Positions 1 through 11,254 of a stretch of 36,438 nucleotides of DNA are shown piece by piece. Under the pieces are notes generated by a model that saw nothing but the letters and a program-made list of their open reading frames with translations, did not search any database and was not told the DNA's origin. Position numbers and translations under genes: made by a program. The stretch lies in NCBI RefSeq assembly GCF_006345805.1, contig NW_021824679.1:1-36438 (forward strand), given 5' to 3'. Positions within the stretch are counted from its first letter, which is position 1; each line of letters starts with the position of its first letter. Source of the stretch: Octopus sinensis (Eukaryota).

Positions 1-73
1 CTTCTTTAGTACCGTGCGAGTGGTAAGCTTTAGTTATCTGTTGGCATTATGTTAGGCAAGAGAGAGATTAATA

Positions 74-449
74 GGCGTTGGCGTGGCTCTGTGGTAAGAA
101 GTTTCCTTCACAACCACATGGTTCAAGGTTCAGTCCAACTGCGCGGCAGCTTGGTCAAGTGTCTTCTATAACCTCTATGGAGTAGATTTGATAGACTGAA
201 ACTCAAAGAAGCCCGTCATATAAAACATAAGTATACATTTATGCTTGTGTGTGCCTTTGGCCTGTGTTTGCTCCCTCAACACCGCGTTACCACCTTTGTG
301 TTTACGCCCTCGTAACTTGCCGGTTCGGCAAAAGACACCCTTGGTATAAGAACAAGGCTTAAAATTAAAATAATAAATACTGGGAACGATTCATTTCACT
401 AAAAAGTCTTTAAGGCTGTTCCCAGCATGGCTGTACTCAGATGACAGAT
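74..449 (+). mobile_element. tRNA-derived SINE, family A, diverged copy
   Basis: Box A-like tggctctgtggtaag and box B-like ggttcagtcc head; body and tail colinear with the better copies at 11916 and 26156, with many substitutions. Confidence 0.8.
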
Positions 450-451
450 AA

Positions 452-945
452 AATCGACTTAATCTCCTCGTTTGTCCTTGTTTGTCCCCTATATGTTTAG
501 TCCCTTGTGGGCAATAAAGAAATAAGAAACGTTAGCACACTGGGCGAAGATCTTAGCTGTATTTCGTCTGTTTTAACGTTCTGAGTTCAAATTCCGCCGA
601 GGTCGACTTTGCCTTTCATCCTTCCGGGGTGGACAAATTAACTACCAGTTACACACTGGGGTCGATGTAATCGACTTAATCCGTTTGTCTGTCCTTGTGT
701 GTTCCCTCTATGTTTAGCCCCTTGAGGGCAATAAAGGAATAAGAAACATTAGCACACTGGGCGAAGTTCTCAGCGGTATTTCGTCTGTCTTTATGTTCTG
801 AGTTTAAATTCCGCCGATGTCGACTTTGCCTTTCATAATTTCGGAGTCGATAAATTAAGTACCAGTAGCGTACTAGGGTCGATCTAATCGACTGGACCTC
901 TCTCAGAAAATTCCAGGCCTTGTGCCTATAGTACAAAGCATTATT
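452..945 (+). mobile_element. SINE family B, head-to-tail tandem (about 217-bp period)
   Basis: aatcgacttaatc recurs at 452 and 669; each unit has gagttcaaattccgccga(g)gtcgactttgcctttcat; internal tails end aataaa(g)gaaata, while the final tail is a different type (ggccttgtgcctatagta). Confidence 0.85.
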
Positions 946-1261
946 AACAATAGTCTATTATCCATTCAAAGACGATATTCCCAAGTGGCTATACACTAAG
1001 ATCGATCCCGAAACCACATAATTACGAAACGAAATTCTTGCTAAAACACCCAAGTATGCTTCAATTATATTTACTTTTATGTCTTAGGAATCCTTAACAT
1101 CAAACGCATCCCTTAGTTTTTACAGCAGACATTAACCTAAGCCAAAAATATGAGACAACAAATAATGTTTCGTTTCTTCATAGAGGCACAGTTACGAAAA
1201 ATTAATGTACGGCAATAAAGAAGAGAAGCGAAAAGGAGCGGCAAAAAGCGCGAAGAATTTT

Positions 1262-1318
1262 ACTTATTATTATTATCATCATCATCGTCTTCATCATCTT
1301 AATATTACTATTATTATT

Positions 1319-1353
<35 letters not shown>

Positions 1354-1898
1354 TCATTATTATTATCATCGTATACATCATCATCATTATATTATTATAT
1401 TTTATTATTATTATATTATCATTATTATTATTATTAGTAGTATTATCAATATTATATATATTATATCATCATTATCATCATTATTATTATATCATCATTA
1501 TTATTATCATTATTTTATCATATATTATTATTATTATTAATTATTATTATTTTTATTATTATCAATATTATTATTATTATTATTATCATCATTATTATCA
1601 TTATTATCATTATTATTATTATTATTATATATCATTATTATTATTATCATTATTATTATCATTATTATTATTATTCATTATATATTATCATTATATTATC
1701 ATTATCATTATTATTATTATTATATATTTATTATTATCATCATAATATTATTATTATTATTTTTATATATCATATTATTATTATTATTATTATCATCATT
1801 ATATCATTATTATCATTATTATTATTATTATTATTATCATTATTATTATTATCATTATTATTATCATTATTATTATTATCATTATTATTATCATTAAT

Positions 1899-1931
<33 letters not shown>

Positions 1932-2010
1932 TTTATTATCATCATTATTATTATTATTATTAATTATTATTATTATTATTATTATCATCATTACCATCGT
2001 TATTATTATT
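1262..2010. repeat. Degenerate (ATT/ATC)n trinucleotide tract, about 750 bp
   Basis: Direct reading; explains the poly-I/Y/H/N ORFs. Confidence 0.95.
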
Positions 2011-2229
2011 GTTTTTCTTGTTGGTGTTTTGTTTGTTTTTGTTTATTTTTTCGAAAGGCCTCATGGAGCTTCATATAATTATTATAAGTGCTAACAACAC
2101 TCGACGTATGCGATAAATATATCTTCGCGATATTGCAATATTTATATCATTTGTATGTTTTAATCACATGTGATACACCTATATGTGCGCATGGCTGAGT
2201 CTATGCGTGAGACAGGTTTTTGCATATGT

Positions 2230-2266
2230 GGATAGATAAATATACATACATACATACATACACATG

Positions 2267-2298
<32 letters not shown>

Positions 2299-2511
2299 CA
2301 TTCATATATACATACATACATACATACATTCATACATACATTCATAATACATACATACATACATACATTCATACATACATACATATATATATACATGTAT
2401 ATATATATATATATGTATATATATTATATATATATATATATTTATATACGCTCACACACATTTATATTTGCAGACACACACCCACATATACATCTCTCTC
2501 TCTCTCTCTCT

Positions 2512-2546
<35 letters not shown>

Positions 2547-2705
2547 TATATAGAGAGAAGAGAGAGAGAGAGATTTTATATAGATAGCTAGATAGATAGA
2601 TAGATAGATATATATAGAAAGAGAGACAGAGAGAGACAGATACATACATACAACATATGCACACACACACACACACACATTATATATATATATATATATA
2701 TACAG

Positions 2706-2743
<38 letters not shown>

Positions 2744-2782
2744 CATACATATACATACATATACATACATATACATATATAC

Positions 2783-2813
<31 letters not shown>

Positions 2814-2826
2814 TATACATATATAT

Positions 2827-2885
<59 letters not shown>
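2230..2885. repeat. Compound microsatellite (TACA)n-(TA)n-(GA/GATA)n-(CA)n-(TA)n
   Basis: Direct reading. Confidence 0.95.
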
Positions 2886-3421
2886 GCCCAGAGGTAGTTA
2901 TTGCTTATATCTACGCATCTTCCCCATACCTCTTTATGTATAAACGCTTATATGATTTTGAGTACACGTCTACATATCTATGTGTATATGTGTTTTTGCC
3001 TATTTCTTTCATTGTGTATGCGCGTGTGTGCCTCTGTGTGTGTGTGTGTGTGTACGCGCATGTCTTTATGTATGTGCGTGCTTGTATGCATATATCTGTA
3101 CATGCGCGTGTGTGTTTGAGCTTATTTCTGCTCGTAAGTGGTGGGGTATCTGCTTTAGTGTCAAGATAATAAAACTAGTGGGTCGCCTCGGTAAGTCTCT
3201 ATAAGTTAAATAATTTGATCCACCAAAGCCAGCAGCAGTGAGCTACATTATAGTACTACTTACAACTTTTTATAGCTGCTTGTATTGCCTTGTCAGTAGC
3301 CTTGTCTGTACCTCATCCACGCCATCTGTAGGCAAGCTGGGCCAACGACCAAACGCATACCGAAACGCGATACTCTTACATACTTAACGACTTTCCATTA
3401 CCATCGTGTTAGGCTATTAAC

Positions 3422-3650
3422 TCATACACACACACACACAGACACACACACACATACACACTTCTTCTTATATATAGATATATATATATACACACACATA
3501 TACATGCATTATATATAATATATATATATAATGTATATATGTATATGTATATATATGTGTGTGTGTATATGTATCCTATATCTATATATCTATCTATATA
3601 TATATATATAATATATTACGTGTATATATATAATATATATTATATATATA

Positions 3651-3702
<52 letters not shown>

Positions 3703-3770
3703 TATATATATATATATTACATATAAATATATATATATATATCTATATATATATATATATATGTATTATA

Positions 3771-3803
<33 letters not shown>

Positions 3804-3862
3804 TATATATGTGGGTGTGTGTGTATATTATCTTCTCCAAAACTTCTAATATATATATATAT
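3422..3862. repeat. Compound (CA)n/(TA)n microsatellite
   Basis: Direct reading. Confidence 0.9.
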
Positions 3863-4392
3863 ACATATCCACACACACCCCGTATATGCTTCCTGTCGCT
3901 GTATGGGGTACGGCTACTGTGGCTGTTGTTCTTGCCGCTTCTCCTGATTGTTCATCGTCTTGTTCCATTTCTTTATATTCATTGTTGGTTTTTTTCTTTT
4001 TGTTTTGAGGGGAGGGTATTTTTCATGATTTTCTTTATATCTTGTTTTTGTTTTGTTTTGTTTTACTTCGTTTTGTTTTGTTTTGTTGTTGTTGTTGTTG
4101 TTGTTGTTGTTTTTTTTTCGTCACATAGTTTGCTCTTATGGTTTTTAGCCTCTGACGTGTCATCATATATGAGGGGGGGGCTGGCTTTCGCAAAGCGAAG
4201 ACTAATGCACATGTACACAGATTTAAACACTCACGCAAACGCACACGCACACAGACACACAGACACACACAGACACACACAGACACACACAAACACACAT
4301 ACGCACAAATAAAGACATACACACATACGCAACAACATATAATTACACACGCATACACTCTGAAACACGTTAAGCGTGTATAGAGAGATGTA

Positions 4393-4590
4393 TACTCTTT
4401 TACTCTTTTAATTGTCTCAGTCATTTGACGGTGGCCATGCTGAAGCAACGCCTTTTGTTGAACAAATCGACCCCAGGACTTATTCTATCGGTCACTTTTG
4501 CCGAACTGCTAAGTTACGGGGACATAAACACACCAGCATCGGTTATCAAGCGATGTTGGGGGGACAAACACAGACACACAAAAAAATTAT

Positions 4591-4621
<31 letters not shown>

Positions 4622-4643
4622 CATATAATTACGACGGGCTTCT
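4393..4643 (-). mobile_element. SINE family A, 3' half
   Basis: Reverse complement of the family A tail (tactcttttactctttt...cagtcatttgac...gccgaactgctaag...acgacgggcttct) with the internal CA/TA tract. Confidence 0.85.
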
Positions 4644-4790
4644 CTTAAATACATTTTTGACCATTGCTCAACACTGCTTACGCGTAGGTACACACACACA
4701 CAGAGTCACAGACACACACACACATGCACACACACACACACACACACGCTCAAACAGAGACACACACACGCACGCACACATACACACATA

Positions 4791-5170
4791 TATTCTTTTA
4801 TCTTCATTTATTTCAGGCACTCACTCATTGAACTGCGGCCATGATGAGGCATCACCTTGAAGGGTTTGGGTGAAGAAATGGCCCCCAGTACTTCATATTA
4901 AGTCCCTTACTTCTTATATCGGTTTCTAGAGCCAAGCAACTAAATTATATTGACGTACATACCCCATCGCCGCTTGTCAAGCGATTGTGACTAATACAAG
5001 ATCCATGGCACATTTACATGCATGCATGCATACATACATACGACGGGTTTCTACACAGTTTCCGTCTAACAAATTATAACACAACTGTGGGCTGTCCGAG
5101 GCTGTTGCAGAACATAATTGTCCAGGCTGTTGCGCAATGGGACTGAATGTTTGCCGTTTGGTCGCAAAGG
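4791..5170 (-). mobile_element. Old, heavily diverged family A-like SINE
   Basis: Colinear motifs ctgcggccatg, ttgtcaagcga, acgacgggtttct, cagtttccgtct, gggactgaa. Confidence 0.6.
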
Positions 5171-5190
5171 GAAATGGTTAACTAGCAACG

Positions 5191-5216
5191 TAGATAGATA
5201 GGTAGATAGATAGATT

Positions 5217-5311
<95 letters not shown>

Positions 5312-5312
5312 G

Positions 5313-5374
<62 letters not shown>

Positions 5375-5400
5375 GAGATAGATAGAAAAATAGATAGATA
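5191..5400. repeat. (GATA)n microsatellite abutting the Tx1 3' end
   Basis: Direct reading. Confidence 0.95.
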
Positions 5401-6536
5401 TGTTTCTTTATTAGCCACACAGGGATGGACACAGAGGGGGCAAATTACAAAGTAAAGCTTTTCTTTTTAGGGAGGAAAAGAGGGTAGGTTTTCGATCAAA
5501 AGGGATCGTAAAAAAAAAGAGGAAGAAAAACAACGATCAATAGGGTTCGTGTATAACAGAAATGTCTTGATGTAAAGTGTAAAGGGGGAAACAGATAAGG
5601 AGTATCCGTGGAAAGAAAAGCCTACGGAAAAGATCACTGTAACCTCGGTCAATAATGTTATTTGCAAGTAAGTAACTCTCTGTTTTAAATTTTTCCGGTT
5701 CATAGGATTATGCTCAAGTTGGCTTCGTCATTCATACGTGTCATCCTTGCTACATTCACCCATTATTTTTTAAACATTCGCTAGACAAAACTTGCCTTTC
5801 TACTCTCACTTTCCTTTTCAAGTGATACTTGAAGAAGTTGATGAGAGATTGACCAGTGAGGAAAGTGTTTGTCTCTAATCCTTTCAGACGCGTCCACCAG
5901 ATACATACTTTCGCCATAGCCACAAGAATGATGAAAATGGCTCTTCCTTTCCTTTTGACGGAAGGAGGCGTGACAATATTGAGGATAGACTCGGCTGATA
6001 AAACGAATCGTCCCACACGTGACAGCAGTCGTTCGACATAAGCCCACAGGTCGGAAATTGTTGGACACTGCACGAGTGCATGCAGAACGGTTTCGTCGCT
6101 TTGACTGCATCTCGGGCAGGTCGGCCCCGTGTTTCTCGAGCCGTGTCTGTAGAGCTTATCCCGAACGGGTAGCGCTTCTCGGTAGCACTGGCGGGCCAGA
6201 TATCTCTGGAAGTTGTCCATGGGCCCTGGCTCGAAAGTCGTCCTGAAGAGGTGGGTTAGGTATTCCTCGTCGACGTCCAGGTTCGTCCCGAGCTCGTCGT
6301 CGTACCTCCTTTCCACTAATCCCCTATAGAAAGCTTTGGTTGTATTGAAGTCACTCAAGGTCGACCCGGGACGGCAGAGTTGCTTGAGAGCAACGCGACA
6401 CTCGCGGTGCCATTCGCCCTTCCTCGGCCTCTTTTTGATCCACGACTGCAGTTCGGTCATGGAGACGAGCTGCAGGAAAGCGTGCCTCACAAACAACGAC
6501 CACACCTGTCGACCGTCGTCTACGTAGAGCCGGAGA
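5401..6536 (-). mobile_element. 5'-truncated Tx1/L1-clade LINE: ORF2 C-terminus (zf-RVT-like zinc knuckle) plus 3' UTR with AATAAA
   Basis: ORF 5756..6571 contains REALPVRDKL...CPRCSQSDETVLHALVQCP...LWAYVE and AMAKVCIWWTR, typical of L1/Tx1 ORF2 ends. A 1-nt frameshift near 5765 restores WVNVARM...SIIL* (stop 5700-5702). About 300 bp of 3' UTR ends aataaagaaaca, then (TCTA)n. Confidence 0.85.
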
Positions 6537-6539
6537 AAT

Positions 6540-6756
6540 AAATAGATAGATAGATAGATAGATACATACATAGATAGATTGATAGATAGATAGATAAAAG
6601 GAGGGAGAGAGAGAGAGAGAGATAGAAAGATAGATAGATAGATAGATATATATATAGAGAGAGACAGACAGACAGCCAGACAGACAACTAGATAGAGAGA
6701 GACAGACAGACAAATAAATAGATAGATTGATAGATAGATAGAGAGAGAGAGAGAGA
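6540..6756. repeat. (GATA)n/(GA)n/(GACA)n microsatellite abutting the Tx1 5' junction
   Basis: Direct reading. Confidence 0.9.
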
Positions 6757-6761
6757 TGACA

Positions 6762-7020
6762 GGGCGCGTTGCATAATGATTACGGTATTCGGCTCAAGGT
6801 CGTAAATCCGTTGCTCCAGTCCACTCAGCTGGCAAAAGGGGTTGTACCTGTATTTGAAAGGGCTTACCTTATCACACTCTCTGTCACGGTGAAACTCTCT
6901 AAAAACTCGGCAACGACACGCGCGTCCGTGTGCTGCTCGGCCACTTGCACGTTAATTTCACGAGCAGGCTGTTCCGTCGTTCGAATCACCTGGAGCCCTT
7001 GTCATCGTAACTGACTGAGT
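6762..7020 (+). mobile_element. SINE family C, internally deleted copy
   Basis: tRNA-like head, then gttgctccagtccactcagctggcaaaa...cacttgcacgttaatttcacgagcaggctgttccg..., matching 11255-11580 and 34196-34523. Confidence 0.85.
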
Positions 7021-7032
7021 GTCTGGCTATAT

Positions 7033-7170
7033 GCCGAGGTCGACAATGCCTTTCATACTTTCGGGATCGATAAATTAAGCACCAGACGCGCACTGGGATC
7101 GATGTAATCGACTTAATCCTTCTCTGTCCTTGTTCCCCCCTCTATATGTAACCCCTTGTGGGCAATAAGG

Positions 7171-7176
<6 letters not shown>
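7033..7176 (+). mobile_element. SINE family B, headless body plus Tx1-like tail
   Basis: gccgaggtcgacaatgcctttcat...ccccttgtgggcaataaggaaat, followed by (TA)n. Confidence 0.8.
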
Positions 7177-7221
<45 letters not shown>

Positions 7222-7460
7222 TATATATATATTACTCTTTTACTCTTTTACTTGTTTCAGTCATTTGACTGCGGCCATGCTGGAGCACCGCCTTTAGTCG
7301 AGCAGCTCGACCCCGGCACTTATTCTTTGTAAGCCCAGTACTTATTCTATCATTTTGCCGAACCGCTAAGTGACGGGGACATAAACACACCAGCATCAGT
7401 TGTCAAGCAATGCTAGGGGGACAACACAGACACACAACACACACACACCACACCACACAC

Positions 7461-7503
<43 letters not shown>

Positions 7504-7507
<4 letters not shown>

Positions 7508-7736
7508 AAACAAGTAAAAAATAGAAAATGCTAAAATAATTTATAGTGAACATTTCAGTACCGTTTCGGTCATTTTGAGACCTTTTCAACTGTAACGATT
7601 AAATAATTAAATTTAGAAAAATTAGAAGAAAAGTTTTCTTAAAAGAATATTTCTATAGTAGTGTTCAGATTTAAGTGGCATTCTGCCTTTCTCTGACTCC
7701 CTTGTTTGCACTTGTGTGTTCGAGGTAGTTGTGTCT

Positions 7737-7739
<3 letters not shown>
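7504..7739 (-). mobile_element. Penelope-like terminal fragment inserted in (TA)n
   Basis: Flanked on both sides by (TA)n and contains a hammerhead-like relic at 7556-7592; classification is inference. Confidence 0.5.
7556..7592 (-). ncRNA. Degenerate type I hammerhead-like motif
   Basis: cag TTGAAAA ggtc-tcaaaat-gacc GAAA cgg TA ctg: stems I and II pair, but the core has two transitions from CTGAAGA. Confidence 0.45.
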
Positions 7740-7770
<31 letters not shown>

Positions 7771-8040
7771 GCTTCTTTCAGTTTCCGTCCACCAAATCCA
7801 CTCACAAGGCCTTGGTCAGCCCGAGGCTATAGTAGAAGACACTTGCCCAAGGTGCCACGAAGTGGGACTGAACCCGGAACCATGTTGTTGGTAAGCAAGC
7901 TACTTACCACACAGCCACTCCTGCTGTATATATATATATATACACAGAGAAAGAGAGAGAGAGAGAGGGGGAGGAACAGACAGACTATATAGGGTGACTG
8001 CTCTTCATCGTTCAATCTGCTTTTGAATTAATAACGTCTC

Positions 8041-8150
8041 TCAGCATTCCACAGACACATGTACTCTTAACGTAATTCTGTAATTCTCTGGTGAAAGCAG
8101 CGTGACACGGCATGTATGAGGTCTGAAGCTTTGGAATTACATTTACAATC
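8041..8150 (-). mobile_element. SINE family C fragment, old
   Basis: cattccacagacacatgtactcttaacgt...cagcgtgacac matches the family C body. Confidence 0.6.
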
Positions 8151-8356
8151 TATATGACATCATTCTGCGCCGATTCTGTTTAGCAAATTTCCGTCAGGAG
8201 CAATAGCTTTACCAGAAGGTATAGAAAAATTACAGCTGTTGATGTTCCTACTCAGTTGCATCGAACTTGGGGCCTTCTCGTTGCGAAGTCAAAACATTCA
8301 CCGTTCAACCATAAAACGCCTCCACATTATATGTTGTATATATAATGTGTGTGTAG

Positions 8357-8572
8357 GGCGGCGAGCTGACAGAATAGCTAAGCACGTCGGTTAAAAAGCT
8401 TAGCGTCATTTTGTCCGCCGCTACGTTCTGAGTTCGAGTTCCGCCTAGGTCGACTTTGTTTTTCATGAAATCTGGGTCGATAAGATAAGTACTGGTTGAA
8501 CAATGGGGTCAATTTCATCGATTTACCTGAACCTCAGAAACTACTGACCTTTTTCCAAAATACGAAACCAAT
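8357..8572 (+). mobile_element. SINE family B, single copy with head
   Basis: ggcggcgagctgacagaa...gagttcgagttccgcctaggtcgactttg...gataagataagtactgg; tail of the ccaaaatacgaaacc type. Confidence 0.8.
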
Positions 8573-8608
8573 ATATATATATATGTGTGTGTGTGTGTGT
8601 TTGTGTGT

Positions 8609-8749
8609 GGAGGCGCGTGGCTTAGTGGTTAGAGTGTCAGCACTATGATCCTAAGATTGTGGTTTCGATTCCTGGACCGGGCGACGCGTTATGTTCTTGA
8701 GCAAAACACTTCATTTCACGTTGCTCTGAGTTCAAATGCCGCCGAGGTC
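8609..8749 (+). mobile_element. Chimeric SINE: family C head joined to family B box-B segment
   Basis: C head through cacgttgctc continues directly into tgagttcaaatgccgccgaggtcga. Confidence 0.7.
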
Positions 8750-9612
8750 GAGTATCAAGGAGTTTCAATCAAACTGTTTTCATCCATCCATCCATATATA
8801 TATATATATATATATAGAACGAGCAAAGTAGCTGGTTTTAAGGCTGCTGGGGAGTGATTCGCTCCCTAGCTTACATTATATCGGACTAAGGCTGTGTGTC
8901 GCAAACCAGCTGGAAAATACGTTCTTCTTGGGCTAAAATGTAGCAACATAGTTCTGTATAGAACAGCCATGTTATAGCAGCAAAAATGTTACCGTCTATA
9001 TACATATATAAAACACTAACACACACACATACACACATATATACATATATGTATGTATAGATATGTGTATGTATGTATGTATGTATATATATATATATAT
9101 ACTTCTATATGTCTATACTTAAATACATATATGTGTACACACACATACATATAAGAATGTGTGTGATATATAATCATAACAATAAATGCACCATCAAAAT
9201 ATTATTGCTTTCTATGTTAAGAAGTACACCATTAGCTGAATTCATACATTTTTCCTGTGTACTTTAGCAAAACATAACAGTAACCTAGATTTTCTCAAAT
9301 CAAGCTAGATAGACATCCATGCCTTATGTGTTACCAGCTGTCAGTGAAGGTTGTCTTCGACTTTTGTAATTTAAACCAGACGGCATTTCCACCCGAGCCC
9401 AGTCTCTCAATAATATTTAACGTTTCTTCGCAAATAGCTCTCCTCTATCACTTCTTAAACTGAAATAGATATTAATATGGGCTCATGGTGATATCCCTGT
9501 TACTTATTACTATATCGCCATTTAATAACTGATTCATTTGCATTCCAAACATAGGCAGGGTATCACCAAATGTATTTAGCAATTCCAAATACACTGCCAT
9601 CTTTGGTTTATC

Positions 9613-10581
9613 TGTTTCTTTATTGCTCACAAGGGGCTAATCACAGAGGGGACAAACAAGGACAGATAAACGGATTAAGTCGATTACATCAACCACAGCG
9701 CGTAACTGGTACTTAATTTATCGACCCCGAAAGAATGAAAGGCAAAGTCAACCTCGGTGGAATTTGAACTCAGAGCGCAAAGACAGACGAAATACCTATC
9801 TGTTTACTACCCACAAGGGGCTAAACACAGAGGGGACAAACAAGGACATACAAAGGGATTAAGTCGATTACATCGACCTCAGTGCGTAGCTGGTACTTAA
9901 TTTATCAACCCCGAAAGGATGAAAGGCAAAGTCAACCTCGGTGGAATTTGAACTCAGAGCGCAAAGACAGACGAAATACCTATCTGTTTACTACCCACAA
10001 GGGGCTAAACACAGAGGGGACAAACAAGGACATACAAAGGGATTAAGTCGATTACATCGACCTCAGTGCGTAGCTGGTACTTAATTTATCAACCCCGAAA
10101 GGATGAAAGGCAAAGTCAACCTCGGTGGAATTTGAACTCAGAGCGCAAAGACAGACGAAATACCTATCTTTTTACTACCCACAAGGGGCTAAACACAGAG
10201 GGGACAAACAAGGACATACAAAGGGATTAAGTCGATTACATCGACCTCAGTGCGTAGCTGGTACTTAATTTATCAACCCCGAAAGGATGAAAGGCAAAGT
10301 CAACCTCGGTGGAATTTGAACTCAGAGCGCAAAGACAGACGAAATACCTATCTTTTTACTACCCACAAGGGGCTAAACACAGAGGTGACAAACAAGGACA
10401 TACAAAGGGATTAAGTGGATTACATCGACCCCAGTGCGTAACTGGTACTTAATTTATCGACCCCGAATGGATGAAAGGCAAAGTCGACCTCGGCGGAATT
10501 TGAGCTCAGAACGTAACGGCAGACGAAATACGGCTACGCATTTCGCCCGGCGTGCTAAAGTTTCTGCCATCTCGCCGCCTT
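9613..10581 (-). mobile_element. SINE family B tandem array: one head plus five 184-bp body-tail units, 15-bp TSD
   Basis: ctacccacaagggg at 9807, 9991, 10175 and 10359 (period 184); head ggcggcgagatggcag ends at 10579; TSD catctttggtttatc (9598-9612) / catctttgttttatc (10582-10596). Confidence 0.92.
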
Positions 10582-11254
10582 CATCTTTGTTTTATCACCA
10601 GTACAATGTTTCTTTTTTGTTTTTCATCATGTAGGCCCAGGTGCATATGTGATGGGGATCGCTAATTGCATATTTAAATAGCCGTCCTCTGTTGTTCAAC
10701 GAATCAAAATTTAACATCTCTGCACATTCAACACGTGTGCACCGGTACTGGTATAACGAACCAGGCCGAATCTACATGTAAATGTGCATGTGGCTGCCTG
10801 ACCAGCTAGAAATAGCTACCACATCGCTGTTTATTAGAATTAGTAAATAAGATAAGACCGAAAGTCACGTAAGATAATATCATCTTAGAAAATTCCAGAA
10901 AGACTGGATGATTACAGATGGATATACTTTGATGAAGGTCTACTCGATCCGGGTTAAAGAATACCAGCAACATTAACAACAGCAGGAGCCAAAACTTATG
11001 TCAGGAATTATCATATAGTTATTTTCGAAGGGATTACCGTCGTGATAAGCAGCATATCATATCTGATTATCTCAGAGTAAACCGGATCTCAATATATACG
11101 TCAATAATCCAGATAAGATATGTATACATGTCAGCTAATATCCACCAAAAATACGAAGAAAGAGAGGCCTTACTTTTAAGGAATATGTATGTGTGCTCGA
11201 AGCCTATCTTGTGGCATAGAATTCCGACAAGATTAGTTGATTGGCTGAGTAAAA

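Larger units (their letters stand above)
7233..7924 (-). mobile_element. SINE family A split by an insertion in its internal (TA)n tract
   Basis: Tail half at 7233-7500 and head half at about 7770-7924 are colinear with intact copies; foreign sequence 7504-7739 lies between two TA tracts. Confidence 0.9.

Noticed and set aside
3338-3375. Possible hammerhead relic (ccaacga...ccgaaacgcga)
   Set aside because: Core has two mismatches and no stem I or II pairing; likewise ctgatga at 26046 and ctgacga near 26805 lack a downstream stem II-GAAA.
1202-4312. Long ORFs such as 3539..4312 (257 aa) and 1205..1540
   Set aside because: They are translations of TA/ATT/CA microsatellites, which lack stops in some frames; no domain content. 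The same applies to the YI-, VC-, HT-, LSIY- and poly-L/V/T ORFs throughout the window.
9285-9470. Kinase-like peptide IIERLGSGGNAV on the minus strand after a ttcag acceptor
   Set aside because: The frame closes within about 20 codons and the remaining kinase motifs are absent.
9613-10581. CRISPR-like regular array
   Set aside because: Units are near-identical over their full length with no unique spacers; it is a SINE multimer in a eukaryotic context.
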